The position numbers were made by a program, and so were the translations under genes. A stretch of DNA of 64,000 nt from Candidatus Marinacidobacterium sp. (lineage in GTDB: Bacteria > Acidobacteriota > Vicinamibacteria > Marinacidobacterales > Marinacidobacteraceae): positions 2,272,001 to 2,336,000 of the forward strand of contig OZ242011.1 in NCBI GenBank assembly GCA_965204755.1. The letters run 5' to 3'. Positions 57,624 to 64,000 of the stretch are shown one piece after another. Position 1 is the first letter of the stretch. Every line of letters starts with the position of its first letter. The notes beneath the pieces are model-generated. The model did no database searches and had not been told where the DNA came from. It saw only the letters and a list, made by a program, of their open reading frames with translations.

Positions 57624-58876
57624 GACTCAAGCGGGTCGTCATCGAGAACTACCGGGCGATCAGCCGGCTGGAACTCCATCTCCACGAGCAGATGAATGTC
57701 TTCTTCGGCAGCAACGCGGAAGGAAAGACCAGCGTTCTGAACGCGATCGCCACTGGCATGGGCGCGATCCTCACACTCCTCCCCAAGGTCGCCTCGGTGG
57801 ACTTTCGAAAGACCGATCACCGCGGAACGAAACCCATCCGCGTCGAACTCGAGACCAGAGACGGCCTGCAGTGGGAGCGCCGTCCCAAGCGGGGCGGTTT
57901 CGACTCCCTCCGTGCCCGACTCGAAGGTGTCTTGGCCGGTGACCCGTCAGAGACCCAGCCGGAGAATCTGCCGATCATTGCGTTCTATGACACGGACCGG
58001 GCTGTCCCCGACCGACCGCTGACGCCGAGCCGGTTCGGGGCCGCCTTTCGCCGATTCGAAGCCCTCGAAGGCGCCCTCGCCGCCGGGTCTGCGTTTCCTG
58101 CTTTCCTGAAATGGTTCCGCGCCAAGGAACACGAGGAATTGGGAACTCGCAACGAGAAGAAGGACTTCGACTATGTGCTGCCTGATCTGAACGCAGCGCG
58201 CAGCGCGATTCAATCGATGGTTCCGGAGATTCGATCTCTCCGCATCGCGTTTCGGCCCTTGCGTTTGGAAGTGACTTGCCAGTCGGACGGTGGAGGAAAA
58301 GAGCGTCTGGGGCTGTCGCAGTTGAGCGGGGGTTACCGCATGATGCTCGCGCTCGCCGGCGATCTCGCCCGTCGCATGGCACAGGGGAACCCCCATCTCG
58401 ACGACCCGCTGCAGTCGGAGGCTGTCGTGCTGATAGATGAGGTGGATCTGCATCTGCATCCGTCTTGGCAGCAGCGCGTCCTCCCCGACCTGATGCGGAC
58501 CTTTCCCAACGCGCAGTTCCTGGTTTCCACCCACAGTCCGCAGGTGCTGACCACCGTAGAAGCCGATCGGATCGTGCATCTGGTGCGCGAGGACGGCGAA
58601 CTCGGCGCCTACGAGGCCGAGGCGTCCACCTACGGCGCGCGGGCTTCGGATGCGCTGCGGAAGGTCATGAAGGTGGACGAGCGACCGGCCGGAAACGGCT
58701 TCGTGAAGGACCTTCGTCGGTATCTCGACATGGTGGCGGACGGTAAGGGGGAATCTCCGACCGCGCGGCGTCTCAGGGAGCAACTGGTCGACATTGCGCC
58801 GCAAGATCCCGACCTCGTACGAGCGGAGTTGGAAATCCGACGGCAGCATGTCATGCGCAATTTGGTGAGGAAATGA
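57620..58876 (+). CDS. ABC-type ATPase, Septu PtuA-like (copy 2)
   Basis: Same motif set as copy 1. GTG start overlaps the stop of copy 1. Confidence 0.8.
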   Translation: MRLKRVVIENYRAISRLELHLHEQMNVFFGSNAEGKTSVLNAIATGMGAILTLLPKVASVDFRKTDHRGTKPIRVELETRDGLQWERRPKRGGFDSLRARLEGVLAGDPSETQPENLPIIAFYDTDRAVPDRPLTPSRFGAAFRRFEALEGALAAGSAFPAFLKWFRAKEHEELGTRNEKKDFDYVLPDLNAARSAIQSMVPEIRSLRIAFRPLRLEVTCQSDGGGKERLGLSQLSGGYRMMLALAGDLARRMAQGNPHLDDPLQSEAVVLIDEVDLHLHPSWQQRVLPDLMRTFPNAQFLVSTHSPQVLTTVEADRIVHLVREDGELGAYEAEASTYGARASDALRKVMKVDERPAGNGFVKDLRRYLDMVADGKGESPTARRLREQLVDIAPQDPDLVRAELEIRRQHVMRNLVRK

Positions 58877-59610
58877 AGCGCATTCGGGGTCTTGACGCGT
58901 CCACTCCCGGACTCGCGGACTACTGTCGCGTAGAACGCGATCATCCGAGTTGGGAGGGTTTCCGAAGCCACCAAGACGGAGCCGCTTACGCCGAACTGCG
59001 CGAGTTTCTCATCCAACGACAGCGGGGACTCTGCGGGTACTGCGAGATCTCACTGAAACCGGGAGACATCCAAGTCGATCATGTCTTGCCCCGGAGTGCC
59101 GGCGGCGGGGAACTGGACGAAGGGAATCTCGTCGCCTGTTGCCGTGGCGGCACGACGCGGCCCAGGCCATCCGGCGTTTCGCGCCGCGAGAACCGACTGA
59201 ACCGCAGTTGCGGCGAAGCCAAGGAGAATCGGACGGATCCCGCCTTTCTCGATCCTCGGAAGTTGCCCATTGCTCCGCCGCTGTTCCGAGTGGACTCGGA
59301 GGGGCGAATCTGCGCGAACCGACCAGGCTGCTCCGCGACGGGTGTTCGAACGGCCAGGGTCAGGGACACGGTCGAGATGCTGGGCTTGAACGCCGAGCGG
59401 CTCCGAGAGGCCCGTACTGTGCTGTGGGACGTCCTGCTGGAGGTCTCGGAGAAGTTCGAGGCCGATCGTGACGGACTGGAGGCGTGGATGCGGAATGTTC
59501 TCTTGGCCGGGGACGATGGTCTGCTAATGGAGTTCTTCAGCACTTCGCGGTCCTTCTTCGGCCTTTCGGCGGAAGCCGTGTTGGCGGAAGCACCGGAGGA
59601 ATGGGTGTGA
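58873..59610 (+). CDS. HNH endonuclease, PtuB/retron-effector-like
   Basis: Q.GLCGYCE, VDHVLP, NLVACC, SCGEAK and LGLN..RL motifs. Confidence 0.82.
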   Translation: MKRIRGLDASTPGLADYCRVERDHPSWEGFRSHQDGAAYAELREFLIQRQRGLCGYCEISLKPGDIQVDHVLPRSAGGGELDEGNLVACCRGGTTRPRPSGVSRRENRLNRSCGEAKENRTDPAFLDPRKLPIAPPLFRVDSEGRICANRPGCSATGVRTARVRDTVEMLGLNAERLREARTVLWDVLLEVSEKFEADRDGLEAWMRNVLLAGDDGLLMEFFSTSRSFFGLSAEAVLAEAPEEWV

Positions 59611-59659
59611 GCCGGCAGGGGACGCGAACCGGGTGCCCGGCGCGTAGGAGGTGGGGGCG

Positions 59660-62575
59660 ATGAGTGACCGACGGTTGATCGAAGACTGGTTGCCCGTCGC
59701 GGAACTGAGCGTCGAGAGTACGCGCGAGCGGACGCCGATGACGCCGTTTCCGGCGCCGAACCGGCTCCATGTGTGGTGGGCGCGGCGGCCGCTGGTGGCG
59801 TCGCGGGCGGCGGTGCTGGCTTCGCTGCTGCCGGCGGACGCCGACCGGAAGCAGTTCCTCCACTGCCTCGGCATCCACGGCGACCCGGTGAAGGCGAAGG
59901 CCAAGATTGCGAAGGCACGTAGAACGGGGAAGCGCGTAGCCAATCCCTACGGTTACGACCGTGCGTACCAGCACTCGCCGGATCAGGGAGATAGGCGGTG
60001 GCTTCGCTCCGCGCTTAGTCAATTCTCCACGGACCCGGTGATACTCGATCCGACGGCCGGCGGCGGGAGTATTCCCTTTGAAGCCCTGCGACTGGGGTTC
60101 AAGTGTTTCGCCAATGATCTGAACCCTGTCGCAGTTTTTCTTCTGCGCGCCACCCTGGACTTCCCTCACCGTTTCGGTGCAGCTGTTCAACAGGAGTTCG
60201 AAGCGCTTGCGGGAAGATGGCGTGGAAAACTGCAGTCAAGACTGGAGTCCCTGTTTCCGCAGCGGCAACTGCCGGATCGCGTCGACCAAACCTACCTTTG
60301 GGCGCGAACCGTGTGCTGTCCGTACTGCACCGGACTAGTGCCACTGTCGCCGAATTGGCGGCTAACGCCCAAGGGCGTCGGCGTGCGGTTGAGGCCCGAG
60401 ACTGGCGGCAAACAGCGAGTTTGCAGCTTTGAGATTGTGGAGGCGGCTGCGGATCAGTCAGAGGGGACAGTGGCGAAGGGAGACGGGAAATGTCCGTTTC
60501 CCGACTGCGGACAGCTCATCAGTGGGGACGAGATCAAGAGGCAAGCGCGAGGTGGGAAAATGGGGGAACAACTCTTCGCCGTCGTGTATGAGGAGAAGGT
60601 GGAGTATCGGACGAAGGCCGGCAAGCCGGGCTGTAAGTGGGTGCGCCGCTTCCGGGAGCCTCGTCCAGGGGATGACAATGACGAGGCGGTCCGAGTGCGC
60701 CTCGCCGAACAGGTCCCGGACTGGGATGCGCAGAACTTGGTGCCGTCGGAAGACTACGACGACATGTATTGCGACAACATCAAGAGTTACGGCGTTCGGA
60801 CTTGGCGCGATCTCTTCTCACCGAGGCAACTGCTTTGTCACGGCACTAGTGTCGAGATCTTCCACGAACTGTTGGAGGCCGACAGGGGTACACTGAGTGC
60901 CGCCCGTCGTGCTGCGTACGCGTACTTGGCAATCGGTCTTGATACCATGCTCGACTACAACTGTCGTGCCAGTTATTGGGATGCCACGACCGGTAGGGGT
61001 GTGCGACACATCTTCAATCGGCACGACTTGGCGTTCGTTTGGTCGTACGCCGAGATGGCGCCGCTTGTCTCCGGCAAAGGTTACGACTGGGCCATTGAGA
61101 AGACGGCCAAGTGCCTCCGCGAGTTGGGCGATCTCGTTGACGGTAAACAGAAAAGTGACCGGAACGGGTTGTTTCCCGGAGGAGGCAGTCCACCTGCACT
61201 TGGCCCCATAATCACTTGCGGCTCGGGAGAGCAGTTGGATCACTTGGAAGACGAGAGTGTAGACGCGGTCGTGATAGATCCGCCGTACTACAACAATGTC
61301 ATGTACGCGGAGTTGTCAGACTTCTTTTATGTCTGGCTGAAGCGCACGGCCGGCCACGTCTTTCCGGAGTTGTTTCGGCCGCGTCTGACGGACAAGGAGA
61401 ACGAGGCGGTGGCAAATCCGGCACGGTTCGCCGGAGAGACGGGAGCGAGGGCGCTCGCGGGCCGGGCGTACCGGGAACGAATGGCCGCTATTTTTCGCGA
61501 GATGCGCCGCGTGCTGAAAACAGATGGCGTGATGACTCTGATGTTCACCCACAAGGCTACCGGTGCTTGGGACGCGCTGGCGACGGGCCTTATGGATGCG
61601 GGATTCTCCGTCAGTGCGTCGTGGCCTGTCAGCACTGAGTCTGAGGGTGGGCTCCACATCAAGAACAAGGCAGCTGCGAAGAGCTCCGTCTTCTTGGTAT
61701 GCCGTCCGCGGGTGCCGCAAGTCGAAGGCGAGGAGAAGCCTTTCTGGGAAGAGATCGAGCCGCGAGTTGCGGAGCTGGTACGGGAGCGTGTCGGAAGGTT
61801 CGAGCGCGCGGGTATCTCGCGAGTGGATCTCTACTTGGCCGCCTTCGGGCCGGCGCTCGAAGAGTTTTCCCGCTACTGGCCGGTGAAGCGAGCTCGGCCG
61901 GCGCGAAGGCCGAAGGAACTCACGCGCCGGGCGTCCGCGCTCTTCACCGAGGAGTGGGACGCCTACCGGGCTCGACCGGAGGACGCGCTGCTGGTCGCCC
62001 GTCGTGAAGTGAAGCGCTGGGTGATGGAGCGCCTCACTCGCTCGGCCGGCCGTTCGGAACTTGATCCGCTGACGGACTTTTTTTTGTTGGCGTGGGAGGC
62101 GTTCCGCGCTCCGGCTTTCCCCTACGACGAGGCACTGAAGTTGGCGCGCGCAGTCGGGCTCGACTTGGAGAAGGCGGTCGTCGGGCGGCTCGCGGGGAAG
62201 AAGGACCAGAACCTCCACCTCTGGGACAGCGTTCGCCGGGCCGGGAAGAACCGGATCGGGCCGGTGGACGGCTCGCGGGCGGCGCTCGACCGCCTCCACC
62301 ACGCGGCGAACCTGGCGCGAAGCCACACGCTCTCGGCGGCCAAGGAGCAGTTGGAGCAGGTCCCGGCGGCGGACGAGAGCGCATTCCGGGCGGCGCTCGA
62401 CGCCGCGCTGGAAGTGCTGCCGCTCCCCCCGTCCAAGACCGGCGCGGCGCTCAAGGGCGAGATCGAGTCGGCGAGCAACGACTTCGAGGCGCTGTTCGAA
62501 CTCGGCAAACTGCTCTACGGCGCCAAGTTCGAAGAACCCCGCCAACTGAAACTCTGGCAATCGCCGTCGGCGTGA
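59660..62575 (+). CDS. DUF1156-containing amino (adenine) DNA methyltransferase
   Basis: LHVWWARRPL, DPTAGGGSIPFE, Zn-ribbon CPYC/CPFPDC and DPPYY motifs. AGGAGG RBS. Confidence 0.9.
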   Translation: MSDRRLIEDWLPVAELSVESTRERTPMTPFPAPNRLHVWWARRPLVASRAAVLASLLPADADRKQFLHCLGIHGDPVKAKAKIAKARRTGKRVANPYGYDRAYQHSPDQGDRRWLRSALSQFSTDPVILDPTAGGGSIPFEALRLGFKCFANDLNPVAVFLLRATLDFPHRFGAAVQQEFEALAGRWRGKLQSRLESLFPQRQLPDRVDQTYLWARTVCCPYCTGLVPLSPNWRLTPKGVGVRLRPETGGKQRVCSFEIVEAAADQSEGTVAKGDGKCPFPDCGQLISGDEIKRQARGGKMGEQLFAVVYEEKVEYRTKAGKPGCKWVRRFREPRPGDDNDEAVRVRLAEQVPDWDAQNLVPSEDYDDMYCDNIKSYGVRTWRDLFSPRQLLCHGTSVEIFHELLEADRGTLSAARRAAYAYLAIGLDTMLDYNCRASYWDATTGRGVRHIFNRHDLAFVWSYAEMAPLVSGKGYDWAIEKTAKCLRELGDLVDGKQKSDRNGLFPGGGSPPALGPIITCGSGEQLDHLEDESVDAVVIDPPYYNNVMYAELSDFFYVWLKRTAGHVFPELFRPRLTDKENEAVANPARFAGETGARALAGRAYRERMAAIFREMRRVLKTDGVMTLMFTHKATGAWDALATGLMDAGFSVSASWPVSTESEGGLHIKNKAAAKSSVFLVCRPRVPQVEGEEKPFWEEIEPRVAELVRERVGRFERAGISRVDLYLAAFGPALEEFSRYWPVKRARPARRPKELTRRASALFTEEWDAYRARPEDALLVARREVKRWVMERLTRSAGRSELDPLTDFFLLAWEAFRAPAFPYDEALKLARAVGLDLEKAVVGRLAGKKDQNLHLWDSVRRAGKNRIGPVDGSRAALDRLHHAANLARSHTLSAAKEQLEQVPAADESAFRAALDAALEVLPLPPSKTGAALKGEIESASNDFEALFELGKLLYGAKFEEPRQLKLWQSPSA

Positions 62576-62687
62576 TCGCGCGGCGCCCGGGCGCAAAGGG
62601 CGACAGCGCCTGTCCACTGCGCCGGAGAGAATCCCCGCCCTCGTGATCGTCCGGGACGCCGACCGCCGACCCGCCCGAACCTGAACC

Positions 62688-64000
62688 GTGCTCGCCGAAC
62701 GCTCCTGGTACACCCGCTACACGCGGGAAGACGGGGACCTCATCGAGAAGTTCTATGTCCCGCTGCTCCGGGACGCGATCCGCTACGACCGCACCACCGG
62801 CTACTTCAACGCGCAGGCGTTGACCCTCGCCGCCCGGGGGATCGAAGGGCTCCTGCGGAACGGCGGGACGATGCGGCTGGTCGTGGGCTGCACCCTGGAC
62901 GAGAAGGAAATCGCCGCGATCCGCCGCGGGGAGGATCCGCAGAAGCGGGCGGCGCTCCGGCTCGCCGCCTCGCCGCTCGATCCGGCCGACGCCGAATCCA
63001 CCGACGCCCTGGAGTTGCTCGCCTGGATGGTCGCCAACCGCCACCTGGAGGTGAAGGTGGCGGTCCCCTGCGACGCCGCGGGCCGACCGAGCCCCGACGA
63101 TTCGATCTTCCACGAGAAGACCGGGCTGGTCGAAGACGAGGACGGGAACAGACTGGCTTGGAGCGGCAGCCTGAACGAGACCCGCGCCGGCTGGCGGGAC
63201 AACTGGGAAGGCTTCATGGTGTTCCGCAGTTGGCGCGAGGCGGCGCAGGTCGATGTCCTCGACCGGAATTTCACGACCTTGTGGGAGGGCCGGACGAAGC
63301 GGGCGCTGGTCATGGGCGTGCCGCAGGCCGTGCGCAACGACCTGTTCCGGTATCTGCCGGACGAGGGCCGTCCGCCGAAGCGCCTCGAGGAGTCGGCGCC
63401 CGAACCGGCGCCGGCCCCGCCCGCGCCGCCGCCGAAACCCGCCCCGGCGAAACCCGCGCTCTCCCCCGAAGCCCGCCGCGCCCTCGTCTGGGGTTTCCTC
63501 CGCGACCTCCCCGGACGCGAACGGACGGAGGCGCTCGGCGAAGCCACCGCCGCCGTAACCCCGTGGCCGCACCAGGCGCGGGCCTTCGACCGGCTCTGGG
63601 GACGGTGGCCGCCCCGGCTGCTCATCGCCGACGAAGTGGGGCTCGGCAAGACGATCCAGGCCGGGATGCTGCTGCGCCAGGCCTGGCTCGGCGGGCGCGC
63701 GAAACGCATCCTGATCCTCGCGCCGAAAGCCGTGCTCGGCCAGTGGCGGGTCGAACTCCGCGAGAAGTTCAACCTGAACTGGCCGGTGTACGACGGCAGA
63801 TACCTCGTGCGAGAGGCCTCGCCGGCGCTGCCGGACGAGGACGGGCGCCGGGAAGTCGGGGCCGAAGGTTGGGTGGACGAACCGGCGGTGATCGCGTCCA
63901 GCCAACTCTTCTGGCGGGAGGAGCGCGCCGCGGTGCTCCGGGCGGCGCCGCGTTACGACCTGATCGTGCTCGACGAAGCGCACCACGCCCGCCGGCGCAG
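62688..64000 (+). CDS. PLD-like domain + SNF2-type helicase (3' partial; absent from the ORF track)
   Basis: Hand translation from the GTG gives FYVPLL..A.RYDRTTGYF, IFHEKTG...SGSLNET, PWPHQ, LLIADEVGLGKT and IVLDEAHHARR, and the frame appears open to the end. Confidence 0.88.
   Translation, partial: MLAERSWYTRYTREDGDLIEKFYVPLLRDAIRYDRTTGYFNAQALTLAARGIEGLLRNGGTMRLVVGCTLDEKEIAAIRRGEDPQKRAALRLAASPLDPADAESTDALELLAWMVANRHLEVKVAVPCDAAGRPSPDDSIFHEKTGLVEDEDGNRLAWSGSLNETRAGWRDNWEGFMVFRSWREAAQVDVLDRNFTTLWEGRTKRALVMGVPQAVRNDLFRYLPDEGRPPKRLEESAPEPAPAPPAPPPKPAPAKPALSPEARRALVWGFLRDLPGRERTEALGEATAAVTPWPHQARAFDRLWGRWPPRLLIADEVGLGKTIQAGMLLRQAWLGGRAKRILILAPKAVLGQWRVELREKFNLNWPVYDGRYLVREASPALPDEDGRREVGAEGWVDEPAVIASSQLFWREERAAVLRAAPRYDLIVLDEAHHARRR

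Larger units (their letters stand above)
38737..64000. other. Defence island
   Basis: Contiguous MAD3/4-like pairs, MotAB-like operon, DUF499/DUF1156/SNF2 system and Septu-like cassette, beginning immediately after cmk. No integrase seen in the window. Confidence 0.75.

Noticed and set aside
56349-59660. Retron
   Set aside because: There is no reverse transcriptase in the window and no intergenic room for msr-msd next to the cassette.
25-63986. Many long Arg/Gly/Pro-rich ORFs in the track (e.g. 25-1878, 3290-6262, 9249-12158, 48897-52328, 62451-63986)
   Set aside because: They are shadow frames of real genes in very high-GC DNA and carry no family motifs.
1-64000. tRNA/rRNA genes, integrase or transposase
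   Set aside because: None was recognisable by eye, so the island's mobility mechanism is unsupported within this window.

Overview
This is high-GC bacterial chromosomal DNA. The Oar-type TonB receptor, PIG-L/NEW3 protein and overall gene mix suggest Acidobacteriota, but that is inference only. Bases 1-38.7 kb are mostly housekeeping: NhaC-type antiporter, aldo/keto reductase, TonB receptor, SDRs, apbE, a sodium:solute symporter, ClC, dtd, DsbA, yjbQ, glcDEF, qor, and uvrC-trpS-scpA-scpB followed by an rluB/cmk fusion. Three accessory inserts interrupt this part: (i) an orphan HTH antitoxin with twin operators; (ii) an ART-like/DUF6575-like gene pair followed by iteron-like repeat arrays; (iii) an AAA-DUF4143 gene coupled to a NACHT gene whose C-terminal nuclease-like domain is cut off by one in-frame TGA. 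From 38.7 kb to the window end is a defence island. It holds two tandem MAD3/MAD4-like pairs, a 9.7-kb minus-strand operon, and a DUF499/DUF1156/PLD-SNF2 system with a nested Septu-like ATPase-ATPase-HNH cassette. The minus-strand operon encodes a MerR-like HTH, a VIT-vWA-DUF932-like fusion, a TM coiled-coil protein, a membrane-anchored vWA-like protein, MotA-like and MotB/OmpA-like proteins, and two secreted proteins. It is the best candidate for an undescribed Zorya-like system. AGCT and ACGT appear almost absent from the window except in the methylase region, consistent with erosion by host m5C methylation. All family calls are from motif recognition by eye, not database searches.
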